From positions 7,713 through 71,712 of the forward strand of contig CAVFJZ010000005.1 in NCBI GenBank assembly GCA_963623075.1: a stretch of DNA of 64,000 nucleotides, given 5' to 3'. Position 1 is the first letter of the stretch. Every line of letters begins with the position of its first letter. This DNA is from Bacteroidaceae bacterium. GTDB taxonomy: Bacteria; Bacillota; Clostridia; Oscillospirales; Acutalibacteraceae. Of this stretch, positions 1-10,884 are shown in pieces. Below the pieces are notes generated by a model. That model was not told where the DNA came from, did no database searches, and saw only the letters and a program-made list of their open reading frames with translations. The position numbers and the translations under genes are program-made.

Positions 1-1209
1 GACATCCGATGCGGCGTAGAAGTCGGAAAAGATATTACCATTGAAGAATTGAAAGCACAGGGTTACAAAGCCTTCTATCTTGCCATCGGATGTCAAGGCG
101 GAAAGCGCCCGGGCGTTGACAATGACACTGCCAAGGGCACCCATATTGCAGTAGAGTATCTTCGCCATTGCTATGAACACAGGGAAGACACCTTCTCCGG
201 CAACGTAGTGGTTGTCGGCGGCGGTAACGTTGCCATTGACTGTGCCCGCAACGCCCATCGCCTTGGCGCTTCCGATGTGCAGATGTTCTGCTTGGAAGAC
301 CGTGCCACCATGCCGGCTACCAATGAAGAAATCCGCGAAGCCGAAGAAGAAGGCATTCAAGTAAATCCGTCCTGGGGACCAAAAGAAGTTCTGGTCAATG
401 AAGCCGGCCAAGTTACCGGTCTGGTTTTGAAGAAGTGCCTACGCACCATAGATCCTGCCACCAGCGCTTTCTCCCCTGCATATGATGAAAACGAAACCAT
501 GGAAGTTGCCGCAGACAAAATTGTCTTTGCCATTGGTCAGGCCATTGAATGGGGCAGCCTGTTGCAAGGTACCAAGGTTCAGTTCTGGCATGGAAATTAT
601 CCGGTTGCTGACAAATTCACCTATCAGACCGATGACCCTGACATCTTTGTCGGTGGTGACGTATACACCGGTCCCCGTTTCGTCATTGATGCCATTGCGG
701 CCGGTCATGAAGCTGCAGAAAGTCTGCATCGCCATACCCGTCCGGATGCATCCATGACCATTGGACGTGACCGCCGTAACTTCACCCCGCTTAACAAAGA
801 AGATCTGTCCTATCCGTCTTATGACACCGCCGGTCGTCAAGAAGCCGGCATGGACGAATCCATAGATTACAAGATGTCTTACCAAGATGCTCACCTGGAT
901 CTGACCGAAGAGCAAGTCAAAATTGAAACCGGCCGTTGCCTTGGTTGCGGCGCCTCGGTTGTTGATCCACACAAGTGCATCGGTTGCGGTCTTTGCACCA
1001 CCAAGTGTGAATTTGACGCCATTCATTTGGTTCGTGACCATCCGGAATGCACTGATATGCGTCGGGGCGAAGACAAGGTCGGTGGCCTGGTAAGTTATTC
1101 CATTAAGCGTGCCGGAAAAATTATTGCCCACAGCGGTTCGGAAGAAGCCAAAGAAATGGCCAAAAAACGAAAAGCATTCAAGCAAGAACAAAAAGCCGCC
1201 AAGCGCTAA
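1..1209 (+). CDS. FAD/NAD(P)-dependent oxidoreductase, glutamate synthase small-subunit-like, with C-terminal 2x[4Fe-4S] ferredoxin domain (5' end outside window)
   Basis: The frame is open from nt 1. It has a Rossmann motif (VVVVGGGNVAIDCARNAHRLGA) and C-terminal Cys clusters (CLGCGASVVDPHKCIGCGLCTTKCEFDAI). Confidence 0.75.
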   Translation, partial: DIRCGVEVGKDITIEELKAQGYKAFYLAIGCQGGKRPGVDNDTAKGTHIAVEYLRHCYEHREDTFSGNVVVVGGGNVAIDCARNAHRLGASDVQMFCLEDRATMPATNEEIREAEEEGIQVNPSWGPKEVLVNEAGQVTGLVLKKCLRTIDPATSAFSPAYDENETMEVAADKIVFAIGQAIEWGSLLQGTKVQFWHGNYPVADKFTYQTDDPDIFVGGDVYTGPRFVIDAIAAGHEAAESLHRHTRPDASMTIGRDRRNFTPLNKEDLSYPSYDTAGRQEAGMDESIDYKMSYQDAHLDLTEEQVKIETGRCLGCGASVVDPHKCIGCGLCTTKCEFDAIHLVRDHPECTDMRRGEDKVGGLVSYSIKRAGKIIAHSGSEEAKEMAKKRKAFKQEQKAAKR

Positions 1210-1225
1210 TCCCTTAACAAAAGAT

Positions 1226-1265
1226 AAGGAGCAGGTCTCATATGAGACTTGCTCCTTTGTTTTTA
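1226..1265. terminator. Bidirectional rho-independent terminator between convergent genes
   Basis: Hairpin AAGGAGCAGGTCTCA-TA-TGAGACTTGCTCCTT followed by a T-run. Confidence 0.6.
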
Positions 1266-1291
1266 TAATCTGCAGGGCTATATCGCCAGAC

Positions 1292-2146
1292 TTACATAAT
1301 ATTTGTTTTAACTTCAATATTCTTACCGTCAAATTCAGCAAGAACCCCATTGTTGTCTGCCGTAGCATACAGATCTGCTTTTGCAACCCACTTTAGCTTG
1401 GCTCTGACATCAGGATAAATACGGTAATTGCTGTTACAAACAACGGCAATGTTCGGACACAGTGTCTTAATAAATCGGTAAGAGCTGGAAAATACATAAC
1501 CGTGATGCCCTACCTTCAGCAAATCCACTTTACCAATCTTTGGAGCCAAACGCCATTCTTCGCCATCTTTGTTATTTATATCTCCTGCCAAAAATGCTTT
1601 GGTATCTCCAATGGTAAGCAAGGTTCCAACCGAGTTAATGTTTTCTCCAAATTTCAAAAGACGCTTTTTGTAAGCACCGTTGAAAAATTTAATATGGAAG
1701 TCTCCTAAATCGGTTTCTGCTTCATCAAAATTTTCAATGCGTTCCACACCATTAGCCTTCATGGCATCTAGCATCTGATTATAAATTTCCAGATTGTCCC
1801 ATCTAACCCGTTCATAAAGAAAAATATCTTCCGGATGATACGGTTTGACATAGCCCTTTTCCACAACAATGTCCGGATGGTTAATAACGGTGTCAAACCC
1901 GCCGATGTGGTCTGAGTGGCAATGGGTAGCCAGTACAAAATCAAGGTGTACTTTCCCATCTTCTCCGCGAAAATGCTCCAGCAGATAGGCAACCACTTCT
2001 TCTTCATAGCCCTTCATATTCAGGTACGGTTTGTCTGCCGGATAATCATTATCTTCTGCTGCATCTACCATGGCCAAATGACCTTGGCTTTCCAAAATCA
2101 TACAGTCAGAATTCTTCGTATTTAAAAAGTGAATCTTACCTTGCAT
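1292..2146 (-). CDS. MBL-fold metallo-hydrolase (ComEC/Rec2-related beta-lactamase domain)
   Basis: HCHSDHIGG metal-binding motif and a later KVGHHG motif. Overlaps the upstream gene by 11 nt, suggesting an operon. Confidence 0.8.
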   Translation of the reverse strand: MQGKIHFLNTKNSDCMILESQGHLAMVDAAEDNDYPADKPYLNMKGYEEEVVAYLLEHFRGEDGKVHLDFVLATHCHSDHIGGFDTVINHPDIVVEKGYVKPYHPEDIFLYERVRWDNLEIYNQMLDAMKANGVERIENFDEAETDLGDFHIKFFNGAYKKRLLKFGENINSVGTLLTIGDTKAFLAGDINNKDGEEWRLAPKIGKVDLLKVGHHGYVFSSSYRFIKTLCPNIAVVCNSNYRIYPDVRAKLKWVAKADLYATADNNGVLAEFDGKNIEVKTNIM

Positions 2147-2987
2147 TTGCTCCCTCTCCTTTATTCTTCAAATAGTGGTTCAGGATATATTGCGGGATAG
2201 AGTCATTGTTGGAGCATGCCACATGTCCGGCCTTTTGCTGAATAGCCGGACTGGCGGATCCGGAAGCCACTGCCATACCCGCAATGGCAAACATAGAAAG
2301 ATCATTTCTGCTGTCACCGACCGCCATGGTTTGCTCCCATGGAATCTGCAGTTGCTGCGCCAGGGTCAAAAGTGCGTTCCCTTTTGACACGCCCCGCAGC
2401 ATAATTTCAATATTGTTGTCCATGGATGTGGTAAAGGCAAGCTCTTTTTGCCTTTGCAATGCGGCAAAGCACGCTTCCCGCTCCGCCGGATCTGCAAAGA
2501 AAACATTTATGATTTCCGTGCGAGTCAGCGTTCGTGCCTTCCGGCTAAAATCCATCAGCCCAACACGTGTACTTCTGATGACATCCAAATAGTTTGGATC
2601 TATTCGATAATGCGCATAGGACCTATCATTCAATTTATTTGTATCTGTCTTTGGAATACCATCATCATAGGTTTCAATCATAGTATCATACTGTTCCAAA
2701 AGTGACAAAACCATGGACAGTACTTCCGCCGAAAAATATCTGGAAAAGATTACTTTATGCTCTTTCTTGTCATAAACAACGGCACCATCAGAGTACAGAT
2801 AATATCGAATTTCCGGAAAATCCCGTAGTTCCTTCGGAATTTCATAATAGGTTCTGCCGGTGCAAAGCGCAAATTCTACTCCACTGCGTTTCATCTGCCA
2901 AATTGCAGAAAGACTCTTCTTTGCAACATGAGAATGGTCATCTAAGAGTGTGCCATCTAAATCGCACGCAATCAGGGAATAATTCAT
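2136..2987 (-). CDS. Cof-type HAD-IIB family hydrolase (sugar phosphatase-like)
   Basis: N-terminal IACDLDGTLL motif and C-terminal GDSRNDLSMF motif. Confidence 0.8.
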   Translation of the reverse strand: MNYSLIACDLDGTLLDDHSHVAKKSLSAIWQMKRSGVEFALCTGRTYYEIPKELRDFPEIRYYLYSDGAVVYDKKEHKVIFSRYFSAEVLSMVLSLLEQYDTMIETYDDGIPKTDTNKLNDRSYAHYRIDPNYLDVIRSTRVGLMDFSRKARTLTRTEIINVFFADPAEREACFAALQRQKELAFTTSMDNNIEIMLRGVSKGNALLTLAQQLQIPWEQTMAVGDSRNDLSMFAIAGMAVASGSASPAIQQKAGHVACSNNDSIPQYILNHYLKNKGEGANAR

Positions 2988-3595
2988 TCAGTCACTTTCT
3001 TCTTTCTGTGAATAACAAAACGGTTCAGCGGGTAAGTCCAGAGGGTGGGCACTGTCATTACCACAACCTTGGTCAGAAGAACAATGAATACACTGTCATG
3101 CCCGCCATTCTTAATTAAGGTACCAAGGAATGCACCAAACCACGTATTAAAGACAATGGTGCAAAGAACCATAATGGCATATAACACCGTAGACAGCACC
3201 GGATTGGCATCCGCCTTGAATGTCAGCTTCCGGTTCATAATATAAGCTGCCGCATAACCAATGACAGCAGAAATAAAGTAAGAATACATATATCCTTTGT
3301 ATTCAATTCCCAAGAAGGACAAAATGGCATTGTCCGTCACCGGCACCTCGTTCAACGAACGGAAGATAACATACTGCAACAGCCAAAAGACTGCAAGTTC
3401 TAAAACAGAAGTAGAAGCTCCGGTAAAGGTAAATTTAATAAATTTCCAAATTTCGGTATACTTCTCGGCAAACTTCATAACCTTTTCTTTTATAGCATTC
3501 CATTTTTGATCAGATGGTTCACGGCTAAAATCATTGGAAACAACTTCGTAATCTTCGCCATAGATAAAGTCATTGTCTTGGATTACATTTTCCAT
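2984..3595 (-). CDS. GtrA-family membrane protein
   Basis: Four predicted TM helices. GtrA-like start of the domain (KFIKFTFTGASTSVLELAVFWLL). 4-nt overlap with the downstream HAD gene. Confidence 0.7.
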   Translation of the reverse strand: MENVIQDNDFIYGEDYEVVSNDFSREPSDQKWNAIKEKVMKFAEKYTEIWKFIKFTFTGASTSVLELAVFWLLQYVIFRSLNEVPVTDNAILSFLGIEYKGYMYSYFISAVIGYAAAYIMNRKLTFKADANPVLSTVLYAIMVLCTIVFNTWFGAFLGTLIKNGGHDSVFIVLLTKVVVMTVPTLWTYPLNRFVIHRKKKVTE

Positions 3596-3744
3596 AGGAT
3601 CCCTTCCTTTCTTCTTCCTTCAGTATAGGAGTTTCCTTGGAAAGCTCTATCAAATCAAAGTAAAGGGAATGTAAAAATCATGTAAAAAAAGAGGAGCTAC
3701 CAAAAAGGCAGATCCTCTTTTTCATTTTAAAATTCAAGTTGTTA

Positions 3745-4605
3745 TCAAACAATGTTCTTTATGCCTTCGCAAATTTTGCGAGCCACTTGCGGATTGTTCA
3801 TCGTATAAATGTGAAGTCCATCCGTGTCGTTGACAAGAAGGTCAATGACCTGGCTTAAAGCATAGGCCATGCCTGCATCAAAAAGGGCGTCCTTGTTGTC
3901 CTCATATCGATTGATAATTTTCTGGAACCGATCTGGGAAGCTTGCACCGCAAAGGCTAACCATACGCTTCATTTGAGACGCATTAATGACCGGCATGATA
4001 CCCGGAATAACAGGGACATTAATGTCCGCAATGCGGCAGTCATCCACAAAATGATAAAACTGTTTGTTGTCAAAAAACAGCTGCGAAAGCAGCACCTCAG
4101 CTCCGGCATTGACTTTCTTTTTTAAATACCGGATTTCCGTAATGCGGTTTTCTGATTCCGGATGACATTCCGGGTAACAGGCCCCAAGGAAGCAGAAGTC
4201 ATGTTCCGGCTTCAAATAGGAAATGACATCTGATGCATGTTGGAAATCATCTTTTTCCGGCACGTTCGGACGGCGGTCCCCACGAAGTGCCAGCACATTT
4301 TCCAAACCCTCATCTTCTAAGACGTGGGCAAATTCATCAATTTCCTGCTTATCATAGTGTAAACAAGTCAGATGCACTACCGGCTCCACGTGGTACTCAT
4401 ATTTGATTTTCTTAGCCAGCTCTATAGTGCGATTGCCATTGGAACTTCCGCCGGCGCCAAAAGTAACACTGATAAAATCCGGATTCAATTCGCAAAGAAC
4501 TGCTAAGGTATCATCAATGTTTCGGAGTTCGGCGTCTTTCTTGGGCGGAAAAATTTCAAAGGACAACGTTCGCTTTTGATGCTGATAGAGCTCTGAAATT
4601 TTCAT
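3745..4605 (-). CDS. metF: Methylenetetrahydrofolate reductase
   Basis: Typical MetF N-terminus (LSFEIFPPK) and length. Lies downstream of metE. Confidence 0.9.
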   Translation of the reverse strand: MKISELYQHQKRTLSFEIFPPKKDAELRNIDDTLAVLCELNPDFISVTFGAGGSSNGNRTIELAKKIKYEYHVEPVVHLTCLHYDKQEIDEFAHVLEDEGLENVLALRGDRRPNVPEKDDFQHASDVISYLKPEHDFCFLGACYPECHPESENRITEIRYLKKKVNAGAEVLLSQLFFDNKQFYHFVDDCRIADINVPVIPGIMPVINASQMKRMVSLCGASFPDRFQKIINRYEDNKDALFDAGMAYALSQVIDLLVNDTDGLHIYTMNNPQVARKICEGIKNIV

Positions 4606-4655
4606 GTCGTTTACTCTTTTCCTGTTTTATGCGTTACCTAAATTTAGTTTTTTAC

Positions 4656-6926
4656 TTAGGCCTCTTCCCGAATCTGCTTGGCAGCAGCAACCAGGTTACG
4701 AAGGCTGGCATCCGTTTCCGGAACACCGCGCGTCTTCAAGCCGCAGTCCGGATTAACCCAAAGCTTATCCCGTTCAATCTTGGTCAGCATGATATGCAAA
4801 GCTTTCACAATTTCTTCTACAGACGGTACACGCGGTGAGTGAATATCATAAACACCCGGGCCAACTTCTGTTTCAAAATGGTTTTCACGCAGGGAATCCA
4901 AAATCTGCAGGTTGGATCTGGAAGCTTCAAAAGTAATAACATCGGCATCCATGTTGTCAATAGCCGGGATAATATCGGTAAATTCGCTATAGCACATGTG
5001 AGTATGAATTTGGGTTTCCGGTTTGACACCACTGTGGGTCAGTCGGAACGCCGGAATGGCAAAATCAAGATATTCAGAGTACCAGTCAGATTTTCTCAGC
5101 GGCAGCTTTTCACGAAGAGCAGCTTCATCAATCTGGATAACGCGGATGCCATTAGCCTCTAAGTCAAGAACTTCATCGCGGATGGCAAGGGCAATTTGCG
5201 AGATAGACTCACTGATAGAAATATCTTCTCTTGGGAAAGACCAGTTCAGAATGGTAACCGGGCCGGTCAGCATTCCCTTCATTACATGGTCTGTCTGGGA
5301 CTGTGCATAAGCAGACCATTCTACAGTAATAGGACGGTCGCGGGAAACATCGCCCCAAATAATGGGTGGTTTTACGCAGCGAGTACCATAGGACTGTACC
5401 CAAGCTTTTTCCGTGAACAGGAATCCGCCCAGTGCTTCGCCGAAATATTCAACCATGTCGTTTCGTTCATATTCACCGTGAACCAGAACATCCAGTCCAA
5501 TTTCTTCCTGCCAGGCGATGCAGTCCTTAATCTTTTGTTTATTAAATGCCACATACTCTTCCTTGGTAATCTGGCCTTTACGGTACGCAAAACGAGTTTC
5601 TTTTACATCCTTCGTCTGTGGGAAGGAACCAATGGTAGTGGTCGGGAATTCCGGCAGGTTCAACACTTTCTTCTGCAAAGCCTGACGTTCACTCCGTTTT
5701 GGAAGACGCGTGTAATCAGCGTCAGTTACCTTGGACAGACGTTCTGTAACAGCCGGATTGTGGCAATCTCTGTCTCCTGCAAACAGCTTGGCATTTGCAA
5801 CATACAGCGGATTTTCAGCATAACCGGCATCTTCTGCCAAGACTTTCAGCTCTGCAAGTTCAGTCAGTTTTTCTTCTGCAAAAGCAAAGTATGCAGTATA
5901 TTCGGCTGCCAGCTTGGTTTCATGCTTTAAAGTATATGGCACATGCAGAAGGGAGCAAGAAGTGGAAAGCACTACCGGTACGGCCTGTGTATTCAGTGCA
6001 GTTAGTGTCTGCAGGGTCTTTTCATAATGATTCTTCCAAATGTTTTTACCGTTAATTAAACCGGCAAAGAGGAGTTTATCCTGTGGGAAGCCATACTTTT
6101 GCACTAAGGAAAGGGTCTGCTTTCCTTCAATAAAGTCCAGACCAATCCCGGCAAATGGCAAACTAATCAGAGTTTCATAAACGTCTCTGACATCTCCGAA
6201 ATAAGTCTGTACCAGAACCTTCGTGTCCTTGGTAACAGACAGAATAGCTTCATACAGTTTGCGGAACAAAGCAAGGTCTGCTTCATCCATATCACGAACC
6301 AGAGCCGGCTCTTCTACCTGTACCCAGACAATCTGCTTTTCTTCTGCCTTTTTCAGCAAATCCTGATATGCCTGAATGGTGGCGTCTACATAATCTTCCG
6401 TGGTTTTGGTTCCGGTTGTTTTTGCCAATTTCAGCAAGGTATAGGCACCAATAACAATTGGTTTGGTTTCTACACCCAACGCCTTAGCTTCTTCATATTC
6501 ATCAAAGAATTTAGTGCCGGCCAATTTAATTTCAGTAGCATCTTCCAGTTCCGGAACCAGGTAATGGTAGTTGGTATTAAACCATTTCTTCATTGCCAAG
6601 GCCTTTACGTCTCCGGATGTGCCCTGATACCCGCGAGCCATTGCAAAATAAGTATCCAGGGCCGGCAGTTGCAAATCCTGATAACGTTTCGGAACAATAT
6701 TAAACAGAACAGCAGTATCTAAGGTAAGATCATAGAAAGAGAAGTCATTGCTGGAAATGAAGTCAATACCGGCGTCCTTCTGGGTTTGCCAGTGCGTTTT
6801 GCGCAAATCTTTAGCAACCTGCTGCAGTTCCTCTGCACTGATTTCTTTTCTAAAATATTTTTCGGAAGCAAATTTCAGTTCCCGCAGTGTGCCAATGCGC
6901 GGGAATCCGATAACTGATGTTTTCAT
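4656..6926 (-). CDS. metE: Cobalamin-independent methionine synthase (5-methyltetrahydropteroyltriglutamate-homocysteine S-methyltransferase)
   Basis: About 756 aa. Conserved N-terminus [23 protein letters not shown] lies 7 nt upstream of the ATG at 6926. The ORF-track start at 6968 is probably too long. Confidence 0.93.
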   Translation of the reverse strand: MKTSVIGFPRIGTLRELKFASEKYFRKEISAEELQQVAKDLRKTHWQTQKDAGIDFISSNDFSFYDLTLDTAVLFNIVPKRYQDLQLPALDTYFAMARGYQGTSGDVKALAMKKWFNTNYHYLVPELEDATEIKLAGTKFFDEYEEAKALGVETKPIVIGAYTLLKLAKTTGTKTTEDYVDATIQAYQDLLKKAEEKQIVWVQVEEPALVRDMDEADLALFRKLYEAILSVTKDTKVLVQTYFGDVRDVYETLISLPFAGIGLDFIEGKQTLSLVQKYGFPQDKLLFAGLINGKNIWKNHYEKTLQTLTALNTQAVPVVLSTSCSLLHVPYTLKHETKLAAEYTAYFAFAEEKLTELAELKVLAEDAGYAENPLYVANAKLFAGDRDCHNPAVTERLSKVTDADYTRLPKRSERQALQKKVLNLPEFPTTTIGSFPQTKDVKETRFAYRKGQITKEEYVAFNKQKIKDCIAWQEEIGLDVLVHGEYERNDMVEYFGEALGGFLFTEKAWVQSYGTRCVKPPIIWGDVSRDRPITVEWSAYAQSQTDHVMKGMLTGPVTILNWSFPREDISISESISQIALAIRDEVLDLEANGIRVIQIDEAALREKLPLRKSDWYSEYLDFAIPAFRLTHSGVKPETQIHTHMCYSEFTDIIPAIDNMDADVITFEASRSNLQILDSLRENHFETEVGPGVYDIHSPRVPSVEEIVKALHIMLTKIERDKLWVNPDCGLKTRGVPETDASLRNLVAAAKQIREEA

Positions 6927-7104
6927 AGTTGATCCTCCAATTGTCTTAGGTCTTATTTCGTTGTTCATTTTAATAATTTGAAACGCTTTTGCATAATATT
7001 GAAAAGCTCTTGTTAGTTATAATTTAAAACTATAACTTCATGCTGTGTAATTATGTTTGCCTTTAAGAGTTCTTTTCTTCTAGGAGCTCTTTTCTTCTTA
7101 GCCC

Positions 7105-8115
7105 TTATGGGTTGTTTACCACATTAACAGGGTGCCCTTCCATGTAGGCCTGCAGATTGTCGGCAACAATCTGAATCAGGCGGCGTCTGGTCTCTTTAGG
7201 CGTCCAGGCGGAATGTGGTGTAATCTTGCAGTTAGGAATACCTTGCAGCGGACAATCTGCAGGCATTGGCTCCGTGTCCACAACATCCAGGCCGGCTCCG
7301 GCCAGATGTCCGGACAGGAGCGCATCCCGCAGGGCGGGTTCGTCTACAATAGGGCCACGGGCCGTATTGATAAAGAAGGCGCCCTGTTTCATGGCGGCAA
7401 AAAAGTCTTTATTGCAAAGATGCTCCGATTCGGCATTCAACGGGCAGTGAATAGAAACTACGTCAGAGTGCTTCAATAAGGTATCCAGCGTAACAAAGGT
7501 AACATTCTTATCTGCTCTGTTTAAATAACCTTCTTGCTTGGTTACTCCGGCCTTCTCCGCTTCCAGCGCTTTTAGCGCAGAGCGGCTATAGGCCAGCACG
7601 TTCATGCCGAACGCGGTGGCAATTTGCGCCACTTTTTTGCCGATTTGTCCGTAACCGATCAGGCCCATCGTTTTTCCGTCCAGTTCCTCCGTCGGGAAAA
7701 CAAGTGGACTAAAGGTACCGGATTTTGTCCAGCCACCTTCTTGCACAAAGTGGTTATAATCCCCTACTCTGGAATAAAAATCCAGCAAATAGGCAAAGGT
7801 CAGCTGCGCAACAGCATCCGTAGAATACCCCGGCACGTTGGTAACGGTAATCCCGTGTTGATTGCAATAATCCAGATCCACTACATTGTAACCGGTGGCG
7901 TTTACGCCAATGTATTCCAACTTCTTTGCGTCCTTCAACAAATCTTCATCCACAATGGTTTTGTTGACTAAAAGGACTTCTGCATCTTGCAAGGCTGCCT
8001 GTAATTCTGCTTTGCTTGCATGGTCTATAATAATGGTATCCCCTAACTTCGTAATGGGAGACGTATCTGCATCTCCCATAGTTAACGTAAAATGTTCCGG
8101 CATTACAATTTTCAT
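7105..8115 (-). CDS. D-isomer-specific 2-hydroxyacid dehydrogenase (glycerate dehydrogenase-like)
   Basis: NAD-binding motif GLIGYGQIGKKVA. Catalytic-region motifs INTARG and DVVDTEP, then ITPHSAW. Confidence 0.85.
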   Translation of the reverse strand: MKIVMPEHFTLTMGDADTSPITKLGDTIIIDHASKAELQAALQDAEVLLVNKTIVDEDLLKDAKKLEYIGVNATGYNVVDLDYCNQHGITVTNVPGYSTDAVAQLTFAYLLDFYSRVGDYNHFVQEGGWTKSGTFSPLVFPTEELDGKTMGLIGYGQIGKKVAQIATAFGMNVLAYSRSALKALEAEKAGVTKQEGYLNRADKNVTFVTLDTLLKHSDVVSIHCPLNAESEHLCNKDFFAAMKQGAFFINTARGPIVDEPALRDALLSGHLAGAGLDVVDTEPMPADCPLQGIPNCKITPHSAWTPKETRRRLIQIVADNLQAYMEGHPVNVVNNP

Positions 8116-8225
8116 TTGGAGACTCCTTTCGGTATTTTACCGTTTTGATGATACCCCAATTCGGTTTGACACGCAATTGGGCCTTGTTTATAATTGTTAC
8201 ACTTATTTTACTACGGAGGGAATTT

Positions 8226-9497
8226 ATGTTTGTAGATATTGCAAAAATTTCCGTTAAAGCCGGCAACGGCGGCAATGGTGCCGTTGCCTTTCACCGGGAA
8301 AAATATGTTGCCTCCGGTGGGCCGGACGGCGGAGACGGCGGCCGCGGCGGAAACATTGTCTTCCGCGTGGACACGTCGCTTTCCACGTTGGCCGACTTCC
8401 GTTACAAGCGGAAATATTCCGCTTCCAACGGACAGGATGGCCGTGGGAACCGCTGCAACGGTAAAAAAGGGGAAGATTTAGTTATCTGTGTTCCAAAGGG
8501 AACAGTCATTCGTGAAGTGGAATCCGGTGTGGTACTGGCAGACATGTCCACGGAGGAAGACTTTGTGGCTGCCCGCGGCGGCAACGGCGGCTGGGGAAAT
8601 TCTCACTTTGCCACGGCAACCCGTCAGACACCGCGGTTTGCCAAAAACGGAGCACCCGGAGAAGCCTGGGACTTGCAATTGGAATTAAAGTTGCTGGCGG
8701 ATGTCGGCCTACTGGGTTTCCCCTCTGTCGGAAAATCTACACTGATTTCCGTTGTCAGTCAGGCAAAACCGAAGATTGCAGAATATCACTTTACTACCCT
8801 TTCTCCGGTTCTTGGTGTTGTTTCCATGGGGGAAGGCTCTTCTTTCGTCATGGCCGACATTCCGGGCTTAATTGAAGGCGCTGCTGACGGCGTTGGTCTT
8901 GGCCATGAATTTCTGCGCCATGTAGAGCGTTGCCGCCTACTGGTTCATATTGTAGACGTTGCCGGTTCCGAAGGACGGGATCCCATTACAGACTTCAACT
9001 CTATTAATGAAGAGCTGGCCAAGTTTAATCCGGATATGGTCAACCTACCGCAAATTGTAGCCGGCAATAAAATTGATATGGCTTCGGATGAACAGATTGC
9101 AACCTTCCAAAATTATGTAGAAGGACTTGGTTACGAATACTTCAGCATCTGTGCTCCCATTAAGGAAGGCACCAAAGAATTAATGAATGCAGTGGCGGCA
9201 AAGCTGGCCACCCTGCCTCCTATCAAACAATATGAAGCAGAAGAAATTCCGCTGGAAGTCTTGGAAAAGAAGAAAGATCGCGGATTCAAAGTAACCGTAG
9301 AAGATGATATGTATTTTGTGGAAGCAGAATGGCTGATTCCAATTTTGAATCAAATTGATTTGGACGATTATGAATCTTTACAGTATTTGCAGCGCGTCCT
9401 AAACAGCTCCGGCATTAATCAGGAACTGATTGACCGTGGTATTGAAGACGGAGACACCGTCATTCTGTACGATATTGAATTTGAATACGTTTCCTAA
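8226..9497 (+). CDS. obg: GTPase ObgE/CgtA
   Basis: MFVDIAKISVKAGNGGNGAVAFHREK Obg fold, G1 motif GFPSVGKST and an Obg C-terminal domain. GGAGGG RBS before the ATG at 8226. Confidence 0.95.
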   Translation: MFVDIAKISVKAGNGGNGAVAFHREKYVASGGPDGGDGGRGGNIVFRVDTSLSTLADFRYKRKYSASNGQDGRGNRCNGKKGEDLVICVPKGTVIREVESGVVLADMSTEEDFVAARGGNGGWGNSHFATATRQTPRFAKNGAPGEAWDLQLELKLLADVGLLGFPSVGKSTLISVVSQAKPKIAEYHFTTLSPVLGVVSMGEGSSFVMADIPGLIEGAADGVGLGHEFLRHVERCRLLVHIVDVAGSEGRDPITDFNSINEELAKFNPDMVNLPQIVAGNKIDMASDEQIATFQNYVEGLGYEYFSICAPIKEGTKELMNAVAAKLATLPPIKQYEAEEIPLEVLEKKKDRGFKVTVEDDMYFVEAEWLIPILNQIDLDDYESLQYLQRVLNSSGINQELIDRGIEDGDTVILYDIEFEYVS

Positions 9498-9507
9498 AGG
9501 AGCTGTT

Positions 9508-9921
9508 ATGAACCGCTTTTTAGATACGGAGGCAGATCCGAACACACTTTCCATGCTAGACCTGGCTTTTCTTGGAGACACCGTATATGAGCTTTTTGTA
9601 CGGGAAGCCTTGGTTTCTGAGGGAAAGCGTCCCACTGCGGATCTGCACAGCGCCAAAGTTAAATACGTAAATGCGGACGCGCAGCAGGCTGCGGCGGAAT
9701 TACTGGCACCTCTCCTAACGGAGAAGGAGGCCGAAATTTACCGCCGGGGCCGCAACGCCAAAACGCATCATACGCCAAAAAATAAAAGCAGTGCTGCCTA
9801 TCATGCTGCCACCGGCTTTGAGGCCCTGTTCGGGTATCTTTATTTGACCGGTCAGCTGGACCGCCTGCGGGAATTCTTCCAAGCCATTTATCATGGACAA
9901 GAAACTGATTCCCTTGTATAA
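9508..9921 (+). CDS. mrnC: Mini-ribonuclease 3
   Basis: LAFLGDTVYELFVRE motif and about 137 aa. The ATG at 9508 follows an AGGAG site. Confidence 0.85.
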   Translation: MNRFLDTEADPNTLSMLDLAFLGDTVYELFVREALVSEGKRPTADLHSAKVKYVNADAQQAAAELLAPLLTEKEAEIYRRGRNAKTHHTPKNKSSAAYHAATGFEALFGYLYLTGQLDRLREFFQAIYHGQETDSLV

Positions 9922-9980
9922 TATTTCCCGTATTTTAAACATAATTGTTAAGAATAATCCATTTTGGGGGCTAAAACGCT

Positions 9981-10745
9981 ATGTCAGGACATAACAAATG
10001 GAGTACCATTAAGCGCAAAAAGGGTGCTAATGACGCAGCCCGCGCCAAAGTATTCACTAAGATTGGCCGTGAAATTGCCGTTGCTGTAAAGCAGGGCGGT
10101 CCAGACCCTTCTTCCAACTCTAAATTAAAAGACTGCATTGCTAAAGCAAATGCAGCCAACATTCCGAAAGACAACATTGAACGGGCCATCAAAAAAGCCG
10201 CCGGCAGCAATGACGCCGACAACTACATTGAAAACATCTACGAAGGTTATGGCCCGAACGGCATTGCCGTAATTGTAGAAACCCTGACGGATAATAAAAA
10301 CCGTACTGCCGGAGATGTCCGCCATTACTTTGACAAATACGGCGGAAACATGGGCCAGTCCGGTTGTGTTTCTTTCCTGTTTGAACGTTGCGGTGTCATC
10401 TTAATTGACAAAGAAGACGAAGACGAAAATGAAGTAGACGAAGAAAAACTGATGGAAGCCGCACTGGAAGCCGGTGCCGAAGACTTCCTGTCAGATGACG
10501 AAGATGTCTTTGAAATTCGTACCGGTATAAATGACCTTGGCACAGTGCGTGACAATCTGGAATCTGCCGGCTATAAATTCTCTACCGCAGAAGTACAGTA
10601 TGTACCATCTACCTATGTAAAATTAACGGATGAAGAATCCTTAAAGAACATGGCTAAAATGATTGAAATGTTCGAAGATAATGATGACGTTCAGAACGTA
10701 TGGCACAACTGGGAAAACCCGGAAGATGCCGATGCACTTCTGTAA
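9981..10745 (+). CDS. yebC: YebC/PmpR family DNA-binding transcriptional regulator
   Basis: MSGHNKWSTIKRKKGANDAARAKVFTK is the canonical N-terminus. Length is 254 aa. Confidence 0.93.
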   Translation: MSGHNKWSTIKRKKGANDAARAKVFTKIGREIAVAVKQGGPDPSSNSKLKDCIAKANAANIPKDNIERAIKKAAGSNDADNYIENIYEGYGPNGIAVIVETLTDNKNRTAGDVRHYFDKYGGNMGQSGCVSFLFERCGVILIDKEDEDENEVDEEKLMEAALEAGAEDFLSDDEDVFEIRTGINDLGTVRDNLESAGYKFSTAEVQYVPSTYVKLTDEESLKNMAKMIEMFEDNDDVQNVWHNWENPEDADALL

Positions 10746-10748
10746 ATA

Positions 10749-10770
10749 ACCAAACAAAAGGCCCGGGTCA
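10749..10770. repeat. Left arm of a 22/23-nt inverted repeat flanking the island (ACCAAACAAAAGGCCCGGGTCA)
   Basis: It is the reverse complement of 21732-21754 except for one extra T in the right arm. Confidence 0.8.
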
Positions 10771-10839
10771 AAGCCGGAGCGGATAAGGGATAATTTAAAA
10801 ACCATTGTCCATTCGTCTTCAAGCGGGTAAAAAAGAAAC

Positions 10840-10884
10840 AACGGTCACATTGGGAAATCCCCAGAGTGGCCGTTTTTCTTTTTT
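10840..10884. terminator. Hairpin terminator at the end of the R-M/Abi operon
   Basis: AACGGTCACATTGGGA-AA-TCCCCAGAGTGGCCGTT, flanked by an A-run and a T-run. Confidence 0.55.

Noticed and set aside
6927-7104. Expected SAM or cobalamin riboswitch, or a T-box, upstream of metE.
   Set aside because: The leader is too short and AT-rich, and none of the conserved cores are visible by eye. Only a small palindrome is present (listed as a low-interest finding).
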